This document shows positions 40,667-51,196 of a DNA stretch of 60,034 nt, piece by piece. The stretch comes from Nitrospinaceae bacterium (GTDB taxonomy: Bacteria > Nitrospinota > Nitrospinia > Nitrospinales > VA-1). Location of the stretch: positions 1 to 60,034 of the forward strand of contig JAJDBG010000043.1 of NCBI GenBank assembly GCA_029261475.1, given 5' to 3'. The position numbers and the translations under genes were made by a program. Every line of letters begins with the position of its first letter. The first letter of the stretch is position 1. The notes beneath the pieces are model-generated. The model ran no database searches and was not told the origin of the DNA. It saw only the letters and a program-made list of their open reading frames with translations.

Positions 40667-40769
40667 GAGGGGAACCTTTAAAAAATCAGGAATTCCATGG
40701 CTACCTTATGGAGATGATTGTTGAGGTCTCCATAAGTCTTGCAGATATTTATCATAACATTATCCGTAT

Positions 40770-43700
40770 TTAATCCGGTGAATTAAAAGTCCGATACAGT
40801 GCGGGTAGAACAAGCAGGGTGAGTATTGTTGAGGAAACAATGCCACCGATCACTACCGTTGCCAATGGACGCTGAACTTCCGCTCCGGTCCCTGTTGCCA
40901 GAGCCATGGGAATGAATCCGAGAGACGCGACCAAAGCCGTCATCAAAACGGGTCGCAGGCGAGTGAGTGATCCTTTCCAAATAGCCTCGTCCAAAGCGAG
41001 ACCTTTTTCTCGCAATTCTTCTATGAAAGAAATCATGACCAACCCGTTCAAAACCGCTATGCCAGAAAGAGCGATGAAGCCAATGGCGGCTGAAATGGAT
41101 AAGGGAATGCCTCGAATCCACAGGAAGAAGAATCCACCTGTCAAAGCGAGAGGAATTCCTGTGAAAACAAGAAGTGAATTTTTCATGTTACCAAACGCGG
41201 CAAACAGCATGAGAAATATTAACAAAAGCGAAATAGGCACAACAAGCCACAACCTTTGAGCGGCAGAAATCATATGTTCGAATTGTCCGCCCCAGGCAAT
41301 CCAGTAACCGGGATCAATGGTGACTTTTTCTTCAATGGCCTTTTGAGCTTCTTGTACAAATGAGCCGAGATCGCGATCCCTTACATTGGCTGTGACAACG
41401 ATTCGACGCTTTCCATTTTCGCGGCTGATCTGGTTGGGGCCTTTTATGATGGAAAAATTAGCCACTGTGGAGAGTGGAATATAATTCAGGTTATGGCTTC
41501 CTCCGGGTATCTTATCGGGGGAAAAATTCTCTGGCAAGGCTATTGGAATTCTCTTGAGTAGTTCAATATTTGTTCGTATATCTTCGCGTAATCGAACCAT
41601 GATTTCGAAACGACGGTCTCCTTCAAAAACCATTCCCGCACTTTTCCCACCGATGGCAATTTCTACGGTCTCCTGTACAGTGGAAACATTTATTCCCAGT
41701 CGAGCCATTAAATCGCGGTCCAGTTCCAGCGTCAGCACAGGCAGTCCTGTCACTTGCTCGATATCAACATCAGATGCTCCTGGGATGTCTACAAGGACGT
41801 GTTCGATTTTGTCTGCTATGGAAACCAGTGTTTCCAGATCATCCCCAAAAACTTTTACCGCGACATCACTGCGTACCCCGGCGATCAATTCATTGAACCG
41901 CATTTCAATCGGTTGGATGATTTCGTATTTGTTGCCGGGGACTTGGGCTAATTTTTGTTCCAATTCTTGAATGAGATTGATTTTAGAACGCTTGGGATCG
42001 GGCCATTCCGATCGGGGTTTGATGATTGCAAATACGTCTGCAACACTTGGTGGCATGGGGTCTGTTGCAATATCTGCTGTGCCGATTTTGGCGAATACAT
42101 AGTCGACCTCCGGTAATTCCATGATTTTTTTCTCCAACACGTCTTGCATGGAAACGGCTTGAGAGAGGCTGGTTCCGGGAACACGTAAAGCGTGGATGGC
42201 TAAATCACCCTCATCCAGAGTTGGAAGAAACTCGCTCCCCATGCGCGTAGAAAGCAGAAGGCTTAGGGCAACAAGAACGCCTGCAAGGGTTATGACCGTG
42301 GGACGATTCTTCATCGAAATATTCAGCAGTGGCTCATAAATTCTACGAACGGCCATCAGTAAAATATTTTCTTTTTCAGAAATATTCCCCGATGAAAATT
42401 GAGCGACCATGGCAGGTATAAAAGTGATGGACAATATCATGGCCCCTATTAAGGCCGCCAGAACAGTGAAAGCCATCGGTTGGAACATTTTTCCTTCGAT
42501 CCCCGTCAGAGTCAGGATTGGCAGGTAGACGATCATAATGATGAGCCCACCAAAGATACTGGGGCGGGAAACTTCCTTGGTGGCATAAGCGACGATTCCA
42601 AAGCGTTCATCGCGGGTGAGTTCGCGCCCAATTTTTTTATGTTCTTCTGTCAATCTGCGTATACAGTTTTCTACGATTATTACAGCACCGTCTATGATGA
42701 TGCCAAAATCGATAGCTCCCAGGCTCAAAAGATTGCCGCTGATTTTGTTTTCAACCATTCCCGTGATTGCAAACAGCATGGAAAGAGGGATGACAAGGGC
42801 GGTGATGAGAGCGGCGCGGAAATTTCCCAAGAGTAGAAAAAGTACAGCAATGACCAGCAAGGCACCTTCCATGAGATTGTTTTTCATGGTTTCTAGAGTC
42901 GCGTTGACAAGGTGGGTACGATCGTAAACCGTTTTAGCCTTCACACCTTCAGGCAAAGAGCGATTGATTTCCTTCAATTTCTCGGCAACTCTTATTGAAA
43001 CGGTGCGGCTGTTTTCGTCCTTCAGCATAAACACCGTGCCGAGAACAGTCTCTTTACCATTTTCAGTTGCGGCTCCAGTTCTCAGCTCTTTGCCTAAAGC
43101 AACATCGGCAATATCCTTTATGTAAATGGGGGTTCCTTTGCGGGAGCCAACGATTATTTGTTTGATATCATCAATCCCGGTGACTTGTCCGGGCGTTCTG
43201 ATGAGGTATTGTGCCCCGCTATGTTCAATGTAGCCAGCCCCGGTATTGGCATTATTTTTCATTAAAGCTTCCAGCACGTCACGGAAACTTATTCGATAGG
43301 ACATGAGTTTTTCCGGATTTGGAGCGACCTGATATTGTTTTGTAAACCCTCCGATCGTGTTGACATCTGCAACGCCGGGGATATTTCTAATCTGAGGACG
43401 AATGATCCAGTCCTGAATCGTTCTCAGTTCTGCTAGCGAATAGGGCTTGCCATCAGGTTTTATAAAATCCTTGTCGGTTTCCATCGTCCATAAAAAAATC
43501 TCTCCCAACCCTGTAGCGATAGGACCCATGATCGGCTCTGTATTGGGAGGAAGGTTGCCCTTCATTTCTTGAATACGAGTGCTGATGAGTTGCCGGGCAA
43601 AGTAAATATTGGTGTCATCTTCAAAAACGACAGTGACTTGAGAGAGTCCGTAGCGTGAAATAGATCGGGTGTAAGATAACTTTGGAATTCCTGCCAAGGC

Positions 43701-43913
43701 CGTTTCAATGGGGAAGGTGATGCGGTTCTCAACTTCAAGCGGAGTGAAGCCGCGAGCTTCGGTATTGATCTGAACTTGAACGTTGGTGATGTCGGGGACT
43801 GCATCAATGGGCAGTATCTGAAAATTGTAGATTCCCGGAACGGCCAGTGCCAGAGTACCCAGGATCACAAATACTCGGTATTTTATGGAAAACTTTAATA
43901 GAGCAGAAAGCAT
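40770..43913 (-). CDS. czcA: Heavy-metal RND efflux transporter (CzcA/CusA family)
   Basis: LPIDAVPDITNVQVQINT, SLGAIDFGIIIDGAVIIVEN, EGKMFQPMA, RLRPVLMTA, GAEVQRPLATVVIGG. Confidence 0.93.
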   Translation of the reverse strand: MLSALLKFSIKYRVFVILGTLALAVPGIYNFQILPIDAVPDITNVQVQINTEARGFTPLEVENRITFPIETALAGIPKLSYTRSISRYGLSQVTVVFEDDTNIYFARQLISTRIQEMKGNLPPNTEPIMGPIATGLGEIFLWTMETDKDFIKPDGKPYSLAELRTIQDWIIRPQIRNIPGVADVNTIGGFTKQYQVAPNPEKLMSYRISFRDVLEALMKNNANTGAGYIEHSGAQYLIRTPGQVTGIDDIKQIIVGSRKGTPIYIKDIADVALGKELRTGAATENGKETVLGTVFMLKDENSRTVSIRVAEKLKEINRSLPEGVKAKTVYDRTHLVNATLETMKNNLMEGALLVIAVLFLLLGNFRAALITALVIPLSMLFAITGMVENKISGNLLSLGAIDFGIIIDGAVIIVENCIRRLTEEHKKIGRELTRDERFGIVAYATKEVSRPSIFGGLIIMIVYLPILTLTGIEGKMFQPMAFTVLAALIGAMILSITFIPAMVAQFSSGNISEKENILLMAVRRIYEPLLNISMKNRPTVITLAGVLVALSLLLSTRMGSEFLPTLDEGDLAIHALRVPGTSLSQAVSMQDVLEKKIMELPEVDYVFAKIGTADIATDPMPPSVADVFAIIKPRSEWPDPKRSKINLIQELEQKLAQVPGNKYEIIQPIEMRFNELIAGVRSDVAVKVFGDDLETLVSIADKIEHVLVDIPGASDVDIEQVTGLPVLTLELDRDLMARLGINVSTVQETVEIAIGGKSAGMVFEGDRRFEIMVRLREDIRTNIELLKRIPIALPENFSPDKIPGGSHNLNYIPLSTVANFSIIKGPNQISRENGKRRIVVTANVRDRDLGSFVQEAQKAIEEKVTIDPGYWIAWGGQFEHMISAAQRLWLVVPISLLLIFLMLFAAFGNMKNSLLVFTGIPLALTGGFFFLWIRGIPLSISAAIGFIALSGIAVLNGLVMISFIEELREKGLALDEAIWKGSLTRLRPVLMTALVASLGFIPMALATGTGAEVQRPLATVVIGGIVSSTILTLLVLPALYRTFNSPD

Positions 43914-43927
43914 TTAAATCCTTTAGG

Positions 43928-45682
43928 TTAATGGGAGTGAACAGCAGATGATTTTTCAATTTCAGCTTTCACTACGAAACTGTTTTCTGTCACATACTGT
44001 TCTCCCGCAGTCAGGCCCTTTAAAACCTCTGTCCAAGTGCCATCGCTTTCCCCCAACTCTAAAGGGCGAGCTTCAAAGAAATCTCCATAATTGACAAACA
44101 CAACAGACCAGTCTCGAATCGTCTGGATCGCCTTGGTTGGCACAGCCACAGGAACTTTTCGCTTGTCGAGAAGCAGTTCCAGTGTGACGAATGTCCCCGG
44201 TCTCCATTTGGATTTTGGATTTTGAATCACTACCCGGCCGGTAATGGTTCTATTTTTTTCGTCTATTATGGACGCGAGGTAGGTCAATTTTCCGACGGCT
44301 TTTGTTCCAAGGTTTTCATCTCGAACGGTGACCGATTGTCCCAATTTCACATATTTAATATCCTTGGCGGGGATGGCAATGTTTGCCCATAGTTCAGACA
44401 AGTCGGCGAGAAGAAAAACCCCGTCATCATTTTTAACCGCTTCCCCTGTAGATAGGTGTTTTTGAATGACCGTTCCTCCCAGGGGTGACTTCAACTCGTA
44501 TTGAGTCAAAATGGGTTCTTCCTTTTGAGATAGTTTGTCGACTTCTTCATTGGTCAAGCCCAGTGCGAAAAGTTTTTGACTGGTGGTTTGGAGCTTGAGA
44601 TTTTCCATTTCATAGGCTCTTGTTTTTTGATGAACCGCCCATTGACCGTCATAGGCAATCTTTTCGCGTATAGCAAAATAGGTAGCTTCTCGACTTTTGT
44701 AATTTTCTTCTGCCTGCAAGTATTCAGATTGTGAAGATATGCCTTTCTCAAATAATTTTTTCTCGCGCAAATAAACAGATTTTGCCAGGCTTAATTTTGA
44801 GTGTGCGGGGATGAGTAATTCCCGACTTTTCCCAACGGGAAGCTCTTTCAGCTCACGATCAATCTCCTCTTTACTGATTTCCTTTTGTAGAAGTTCCAAC
44901 ATGCGAGTGGTGTTTTTGTAAAGCAAGATCTCTCTTTCCATATCAGCTTTTACCAAACTTGTTCGTTTGGCGGCTGAAAGGTAAGCGATTTTTGTATTTG
45001 CCAGTTCACGACTCTCAATGATTGCGAGAATTTCTCCAGGGGCCACATGATCTCCCAAATCTTTAAATACCTGTTTGACGATTCCGGTGAGTCGGGGAAC
45101 AACGTGCACCACTTTTTCTTCATTCAAGCCGATTTCCCCCGATAATTTGAGGATGTTTTTCAGTCGCGCAGAACCCACTTTTTTTGTAACGATGTTTGCA
45201 TTTTTGAGAGCTGTTTCCGAAAGCTCGACACGGGCCTCAATTTGAGAAAAATTCCATTCATACTTCTGGTCTTTCCACAGAGCCTGAATTTCCATATCAA
45301 ACGAATGCGGTTCTTCAACCGTCATATCTCCCAGCAGATAATCGCCTGCGGGGTTGAAGTGGATTTCATCAATCCGGTCCAGCCGATTCAAGCGGATGGT
45401 CAGTTGCACTTCATCAAAAGGTATTTTGTCGCCTTTAGCATTGCTTGTATAAACTCTGAATTGAGGAGGGACACCGCTTTCAAATATTTTTACTTCTACC
45501 TGCAAATTGTCTTTAGAAAATAACCAGCCCCCATGTGAACCTCTTGGGATAGCATCTGTTTTCTCAGCTACAGGGCTGTGCTTGCTGGATTGAGTATTGG
45601 GATCTATTTTTAGAATTTCCATCGCCACAAAGGTTCCCACAGCAAGGATGATGATTATTGAAACTATAAATCGTTTTTTCAT
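43928..45682 (-). CDS. czcB: RND periplasmic adaptor (CzcB family)
   Basis: TM helix, PRGSHGG N-terminal domain, VVPRLTGIV, LKSPLGGTV, LADLSELWA, WRPGTFV, C-terminal HSH. Confidence 0.88.
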   Translation of the reverse strand: MKKRFIVSIIIILAVGTFVAMEILKIDPNTQSSKHSPVAEKTDAIPRGSHGGWLFSKDNLQVEVKIFESGVPPQFRVYTSNAKGDKIPFDEVQLTIRLNRLDRIDEIHFNPAGDYLLGDMTVEEPHSFDMEIQALWKDQKYEWNFSQIEARVELSETALKNANIVTKKVGSARLKNILKLSGEIGLNEEKVVHVVPRLTGIVKQVFKDLGDHVAPGEILAIIESRELANTKIAYLSAAKRTSLVKADMEREILLYKNTTRMLELLQKEISKEEIDRELKELPVGKSRELLIPAHSKLSLAKSVYLREKKLFEKGISSQSEYLQAEENYKSREATYFAIREKIAYDGQWAVHQKTRAYEMENLKLQTTSQKLFALGLTNEEVDKLSQKEEPILTQYELKSPLGGTVIQKHLSTGEAVKNDDGVFLLADLSELWANIAIPAKDIKYVKLGQSVTVRDENLGTKAVGKLTYLASIIDEKNRTITGRVVIQNPKSKWRPGTFVTLELLLDKRKVPVAVPTKAIQTIRDWSVVFVNYGDFFEARPLELGESDGTWTEVLKGLTAGEQYVTENSFVVKAEIEKSSAVHSH

Positions 45683-47007
45683 TGCAGAGGTTTTCCTTCG
45701 GCTGGCGCAGGTTTGAGTGGCATGAGTGGTTCTCCGATCAATTTTTCAACATCTGCAACGGCAATATGGTAGCTCGCTAGAGAATCTATGTATTGTTGCT
45801 TTGCGGTAAAGAATGTTTTTTGGCTGTCAAGAAATTCCAGGAATCCGAATTTCCCAAAACGGTAGCCTTCGCTAACGCCATCGAAAACCCGTTGCGCCGA
45901 TGGTAAAATTTCCGATTGCAGGGTGTTTGCCCGTGAATAGGCGAGAACAAGGTTTTGATACGCATCCATAAAGGTTTGGTTCATTTCAACTTCAGCCGAG
46001 CGTTTCTCCTCCTGGATCTGCGAGAGATTGTGCTGGGCTTCTGCAATGCCACCCTGATTCCTGTTGAAAAATTGCAGCGGAATGGAGAACCCCAAAGTCA
46101 CCGTATTGTCATCGGTTTGCTCCAATCGGCGGTAACCCCCGGATAGTGTGATATTGGGAATGCTTTTGGAACGCTCCTGCTCAACTTCCGCCTGACGCTG
46201 TTTCATCGCGCTCTTCCAGAGCTTGAAAGAGGGGGTTTGCAGAATCTTGGGTTGCAGTGTTTCGATAGGAGGTGCGGGAGAAATTTTGAACAGGTCGCCA
46301 AGAACCTTATCAAATCCCGGGTTAGCATCTCCCCAGGTACGAGAAAGTTGTCTTTTTGCTTGTTCCAGAGCCTGCTTTTTATTTTCTAATGTGATTTTAA
46401 AATTGGAGAGGGCGACCTTTGCCTTGATTTGTTCGATGGCCGCGACTTTCCCTGCCTTGACCCTTTCAGAGACAGCTTCATAAAATCTGTTTCCAAGTTC
46501 GATCAGGTCTTCTGCCAAAGAGACGCTGTGTTGCATCTTCAGAACATTGACAAAGGCTTTGTGTACGCTCATCAATACTTCTAGACGTTTGTTGTCGTAG
46601 TCCCAACCTGCAAGCTCTTCAGCGGCTTTGCCAACATTTATCCTGGCAGAACGTTTTCCTCCAAGTTCTATCAATTGTCCAAATAGCACATTTGTTTCGG
46701 AGCCACGCAATCCACCAAAAGATCCAGAACCAAAGGCATTTCCGACCTGAATGTCGAGAGTGGGGTTGGGAAACAAGCTGGACTGTAAAGTTCGAGCCGA
46801 CCGCGCACGTTTCTCCAGGGAAAAGGCTGATAATATTGGATTTTTGAGCAAGGCTCGGGCATCGGCTTCTTGCAGACTTAGATCGTTGGATCTTTTTTTT
46901 TCGATATGGAGTGTCCCATCTGGCTCGGCGGATACGTAAGAAAACGATGCCATGCCAAGAAAAGATGCGAAACTCCATAAAATGAAAAATCGTTTCATGG
47001 TTTGCAC
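45679..47007 (-). CDS. czcC: TolC-family outer membrane factor (CzcC)
   Basis: Signal peptide, PNPTL, QLIELGGKR, SIPLQFFNRNQG, GYRFGKFGFLEFLD; first gene of a CBA triad. Confidence 0.88.
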   Translation of the reverse strand: MQTMKRFFILWSFASFLGMASFSYVSAEPDGTLHIEKKRSNDLSLQEADARALLKNPILSAFSLEKRARSARTLQSSLFPNPTLDIQVGNAFGSGSFGGLRGSETNVLFGQLIELGGKRSARINVGKAAEELAGWDYDNKRLEVLMSVHKAFVNVLKMQHSVSLAEDLIELGNRFYEAVSERVKAGKVAAIEQIKAKVALSNFKITLENKKQALEQAKRQLSRTWGDANPGFDKVLGDLFKISPAPPIETLQPKILQTPSFKLWKSAMKQRQAEVEQERSKSIPNITLSGGYRRLEQTDDNTVTLGFSIPLQFFNRNQGGIAEAQHNLSQIQEEKRSAEVEMNQTFMDAYQNLVLAYSRANTLQSEILPSAQRVFDGVSEGYRFGKFGFLEFLDSQKTFFTAKQQYIDSLASYHIAVADVEKLIGEPLMPLKPAPAEGKPLQ

Positions 47008-47105
47008 GTGTAATAAATGAATCGGCGTTTACTTGTAAAATTGGCTCCTCACAGATTGCTGTGGGATATTTTCAAGCGGAATTCGACTGCTGTGTATTGC
47101 TGGGA

Positions 47106-47579
47106 TTAGATTGAGGGTACTAAAGGGGGGGATCGTTCCTGTACTTGTTGCCTGTCCAGTGAATGCCGGTGATCAGGGAAATGGGCAGGGAACCACGAGG
47201 CTTTGGGAATAGGATTGAATTTATGAATCGAAAAATTGGATACCAGCTTTAAAACTGTGTGCGATTTTTGCGGCTCCAGGGTTTTATTATTGGGCTGAAT
47301 ATCAGGCTGATCTCCATCCGATGCGATAGGGTGGTGCGGATGGTGATGGTCGGAATCTTCACTATGAGACGAAGCACTATGATCCGAAGTTTGATGGACA
47401 ATGTTCTCTATGGTCAGTGAGTGATAATGCCCTTTATGCTGGTGTGGCGTGAGCTGGTCCGTATGCGCATGAGTTATTTCTGGATGATAATGGTAATAGG
47501 GCAACAGCAGAAACTGAATTCCTATCACAAGGGTCATCGCGACCAGACTCATCCTGAAATTTTGAATGTGTTTGCGCAT
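47106..47579 (-). CDS. His-rich membrane/exported protein with a C-terminal RSPP motif (CzcI/DUF2946-like leader)
   Basis: Hydrophobic N-terminal helix, many His residues (YYHYH, HAH, HQHKGHYH, DHHHPHH), ends QERSPPLVPSI; directly upstream of czcC. Confidence 0.75.
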   Translation of the reverse strand: MRKHIQNFRMSLVAMTLVIGIQFLLLPYYHYHPEITHAHTDQLTPHQHKGHYHSLTIENIVHQTSDHSASSHSEDSDHHHPHHPIASDGDQPDIQPNNKTLEPQKSHTVLKLVSNFSIHKFNPIPKASWFPAHFPDHRHSLDRQQVQERSPPLVPSI

Positions 47580-47626
47580 AATTCCGTTCGTAAAATTGAA
47601 AGCTACTTACAGTATCGGCTTTTGAT

Positions 47627-47662
47627 TCCAATAATATAATTAATATTCATGTTATTGGACAA
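47627..47662 (-). promoter_or_regulatory. Candidate promoter/operator of the czc operon
   Basis: TCCAATAA-N17-TTATTGGA inverted repeat overlapping a minus-strand TTGTCC-N18-TATATT. Confidence 0.35.
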
Positions 47663-47881
47663 CTTATTTCATAGTGTTAGGATAGCTTACCGTTTGCATT
47701 GAGGTTTGTCGAGAACGGTTTTAAATCTTGTATTCAAGCCCAATTTGTTTTACAAATTATTAAAGAGTGTCTCTCCAAGTTTATTTTTGGCCTAGCCATC
47801 CCTTGCAAAATTGGGGCCGTGTTATTGTGCTAAATCACTTATTATTTGAGATACTTCCCCTCCTTTAAATACGTTGAGATC

Positions 47882-49780
47882 ATGAATGATCCCCAAAATT
47901 TAGCCCCCTCTGCCGATACGGGTTCGCGTATCCAGATACTGCCCGATGATTTGTCCAATCAGATAGCCGCAGGCGAGGTGGTGGAGCGTCCCGCTTCAGT
48001 GGTCAAAGAGTTGGTAGAAAACTCAATCGATGCTGGGGCGAAGAAAATCATCATTGAGATTGAAAAAGGCGGCAAAGATTTGATCCGTGTTGATGACGAC
48101 GGTTGCGGCATGTCCTGGGAAGATGCGGAGCTGGCTTTTTCCCGGCACGCAACAAGCAAGATATCGACTCAGGAGGATTTAGAACGTATCAACACCTTTG
48201 GTTTTCGTGGAGAGGCCCTTCCCAGTATCGGGTCAGTGGCCAAGGTTCGACTCACCAGTTCTCTGGATGAGAATCGAGGCGGCAAACTGGTGGCTATTGA
48301 GGCTGGAAAGTTGCAAACCACCCGACAGATTGGGCGGCCCCAGGGGACTATGATCGAAGTTCGTCACTTGTTTTTTAACACTCCCGCGCGGCGAAAGTTT
48401 CTGAAAGGTGACAGCACCGAGTTTTCGCACATTGCGCAGGGGGTGACGCAACAGGCACTGGCTCGCCCTGAAATTCATTTTAGCTTGATTCATAACGGGC
48501 GCAGTATCATCAACACAGCCCCTACGGAGCAGTTATTGTACCGCATTGCAGAATTGTTCGGCTCTGAACTTGCGGGTGAACTGGTCCCTGTAAATGCGTC
48601 TGCTGGAGATTATCATTTGAGTGGTTTTGTTTCAAATCCAGTTTACACACGCTCGAACCGAACCAATCAATACGTTTATGTGAACGGTCGTCTGGTGCGA
48701 GACAAGGTCATTCAGCATGCGACGCAGTTGGGTTATAGCTATCTGCTTCCCAAAGGCCAACATCCGGTGATATTTCTTTTTTTAACTATGGACCCGGCTT
48801 TGGTGGATGTGAATGTACATCCCTCCAAGGCAGAAGTGCGTTTTGCATTCCAAAATGAAGTGCATCGCTTCGTCAGTCAATCCGTACGTTCAGCTCTTTC
48901 CGAGAGTGGCAAACAACTCCCACTTGAATCGCCACAGAGAGAAGAAGTGGGAGATAGGGGACAAGCTGAGTACCGACAGAACGAGCAAGGGCAGAGCGCA
49001 CAAACTTCAATGGGGCGAGCTACTGATTCCAATGATTATGGAAATCGGCCCGAATCCTTGATTCCCTTTGCACGCGAAAAATTTGGGGATGTGCAAAAGT
49101 CTCTGTCTGCACTCTATGGAGGACTTGGGACTCAGCCTGCGCCTGTGGGTAGCCCCGGTATGGATTCGGCGCATATTTTTGAGAAGGCGGGGACGCCTAT
49201 TTCGGAGTTGATGTATTCAGAATTTGAACCCATCGGCCAGCTGGAAAATTCTTTCATCATCATGCAGGGGAAGAGAGGCGTTTTACTGGTCGATCAGCAC
49301 ATTGCTCACGAGCGTGTCTTGTACGAACGCTTTCGTGAGGCGGCAAAGGATAAAAGGGTAGACGTTCAGCAATTATTGTTTCCAGAATCCTTGGAATTCT
49401 CGCCGAGCGAGGCGCAAATTCTGGGCGATCAACTGGAACTTTTGAAAGGTCTTGGGCTTGAACTGGAGCCTTTTGGCGAAAATGGATTCCTCTTACGTTC
49501 GGTCCCGGCAATTTTGAAGAACGTGGATTACAGTCAGGTGATCCGTGAAATCCTGGAATTGACAGACGGAAGTGCCTTGCAGAAAAAATACGATGAACTT
49601 TTGATCATGATGGCCTGTAAAAGCGCGATCAAGATCAATCATCCAATGGATTTTGACCAAATGCGCAAACTGATTTCAGATTTGGAAAAAACAGAGATGC
49701 CGTATACCTGTCCCCATGGCAGACCCATCTCCCTGTTGTTTGACATGAACGATATTCTGAAACGTTTCCTGCGGAAATGA
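47882..49780 (+). CDS. mutL: DNA mismatch repair protein MutL
   Basis: IAAGEVVERPASVVKELVENSIDAG, HATSKI, GFRGEAL, DVNVHPSKAEV, DQHIAHER, ACK, CPHGRP endonuclease motifs. Confidence 0.96.
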   Translation: MNDPQNLAPSADTGSRIQILPDDLSNQIAAGEVVERPASVVKELVENSIDAGAKKIIIEIEKGGKDLIRVDDDGCGMSWEDAELAFSRHATSKISTQEDLERINTFGFRGEALPSIGSVAKVRLTSSLDENRGGKLVAIEAGKLQTTRQIGRPQGTMIEVRHLFFNTPARRKFLKGDSTEFSHIAQGVTQQALARPEIHFSLIHNGRSIINTAPTEQLLYRIAELFGSELAGELVPVNASAGDYHLSGFVSNPVYTRSNRTNQYVYVNGRLVRDKVIQHATQLGYSYLLPKGQHPVIFLFLTMDPALVDVNVHPSKAEVRFAFQNEVHRFVSQSVRSALSESGKQLPLESPQREEVGDRGQAEYRQNEQGQSAQTSMGRATDSNDYGNRPESLIPFAREKFGDVQKSLSALYGGLGTQPAPVGSPGMDSAHIFEKAGTPISELMYSEFEPIGQLENSFIIMQGKRGVLLVDQHIAHERVLYERFREAAKDKRVDVQQLLFPESLEFSPSEAQILGDQLELLKGLGLELEPFGENGFLLRSVPAILKNVDYSQVIREILELTDGSALQKKYDELLIMMACKSAIKINHPMDFDQMRKLISDLEKTEMPYTCPHGRPISLLFDMNDILKRFLRK

Positions 49781-49870
49781 GCAGTTTTTACAGCTATCCT
49801 GAAATCGTTACCAACGATAATATTTGTTGCCTACTTTTGCCCGATAGCCAATTTTTGGGTAACTGACAGA

Positions 49871-50167
49871 CTATTTTGAGCGCAGGCCTTTCCAAGTGAG
49901 GGTCACGTCGCCTTTTTTGATGCGCATTTGACAGCCGAGTCGCATACCGGCTTCTAGGTCTTCGGGAAACAGGTAGTCGCGTTCTTCTTCTGACGGACGA
50001 GAGCAATTTTTCATGCCATCCAGTACCGTCAATTCGCAGACACCGCAGGTGCCTTCGGTGCAACCGAAGGATAGGGACACATCGACTTCTTCGCAGGCTT
50101 CTATGAGTGGAACGCCGTCTTCTAATTCGTGGGTGATTTTGTCGGGTTTAAAAAATACCTTGGCCAT
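49871..50167 (-). CDS. 2Fe-2S ferredoxin
   Basis: FGCTEGTCGVC ... RLGCQ. Confidence 0.9.
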   Translation of the reverse strand: MAKVFFKPDKITHELEDGVPLIEACEEVDVSLSFGCTEGTCGVCELTVLDGMKNCSRPSEEERDYLFPEDLEAGMRLGCQMRIKKGDVTLTWKGLRSK

Positions 50168-50211
50168 TTTTTCTTTGTCCTCAATCTATTAGATTCTGGT
50201 AGAAGCGGGGG

Positions 50212-51114
50212 TTAAAGTCCGCTTTCTTTGAGTTGTTGCACCAGATTGGTTTGTTCTTCGTTCAGTTCTTTAGGGATTTTGATGATGATTTGTACGAGTT
50301 GGTCGCCAAAAGTATTTGCTTTCTTTTTTGGAATCCCTTTATTTTTGAGTCGTAACTTGGAATGACTCTGTGTTCCAGCAGGGATTTTCATCATGATCTC
50401 TCCATTCAGGGTCGGTATGCTCATTGATGTCCCCAAAAGGGCCTCGAACAGACTGATTTCCTTTTCCATGACGATATTATAGCCATCGCGTTTGAATACG
50501 GGATGGGGTTGAATCTGCACTCTGAGCATCAAATCCCCAGGTTGTCCATTTGGAACAGGGCTTGGAAGTCCTTTTCCACCGAGGCGAATGGTTTTCCCGT
50601 TTTCAATGCCTGCGGGAACTCTAAAACTTGTTTCTTCGCGGGTTCCGCGCCGATTGATTGCTACGATCTTTTTTGCACCGAGTGCTGCCTCTTCGAAGCT
50701 GATCTGGAGATCTTGCTTGAGGTCGCCTCCACGGGTGGTGTAGAAGCTGTTTCCGCCTGCACCCCCGCCTCTTCGCCTGGAAAAGTAATCTTCCAAGCCG
50801 GAAAAGGGGTTATTGCCGCTAAACCCACCTCCAAATTGTTGAAAGGTAGAGGCAAAATCGAAATCCCGAAAGACCTCTTCTTGAGAAAATCGTTGGTTGA
50901 ATCCCTCTTGTCCATAATTATCGTACTCGCGGCGTTTTTTCTCGTCGCTCAATACCGCGTAGGCTTCGCTTAGGTTTTTAAACTTTTCTTCTACGGCAGG
51001 ATTATCTTTATTGCGATCGGGGTGATATTTGAGCGCAAGTTGTCGATAAGCTTTCTTGATATCATCTGCAGAAGTTTTACGGTCTACGCCTAAAGTTGAA
51101 TAATAATCACTCAT
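50212..51114 (-). CDS. Class II DnaJ (CbpA-like) co-chaperone
   Basis: J domain DYY..LG..YHPDRN, G/F-rich linker, C-terminal DnaJ domains, no zinc finger. Confidence 0.9.
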   Translation of the reverse strand: MSDYYSTLGVDRKTSADDIKKAYRQLALKYHPDRNKDNPAVEEKFKNLSEAYAVLSDEKKRREYDNYGQEGFNQRFSQEEVFRDFDFASTFQQFGGGFSGNNPFSGLEDYFSRRRGGGAGGNSFYTTRGGDLKQDLQISFEEAALGAKKIVAINRRGTREETSFRVPAGIENGKTIRLGGKGLPSPVPNGQPGDLMLRVQIQPHPVFKRDGYNIVMEKEISLFEALLGTSMSIPTLNGEIMMKIPAGTQSHSKLRLKNKGIPKKKANTFGDQLVQIIIKIPKELNEEQTNLVQQLKESGL

Positions 51115-51196
51115 ATTTATAAACTATTGAAAAATAAGGGTTTTTATTTTAATATGCCTTAACAAAGGCTGTTTGTATATATATGGAATCGAAAAC

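Noticed and set aside
40705-40736. CTTATGGAGA/TCTCCATAAG hairpin as the czc terminator
   Set aside because: The stem is real but has no U-tract on the transcribed (minus) strand, so a function cannot be assigned
47045-47050. GAGGAG in the hairpin as the sequestered czcC ribosome-binding site
   Set aside because: It is about 38 nt from the first in-frame start and an in-frame stop intervenes, so it cannot be the direct SD
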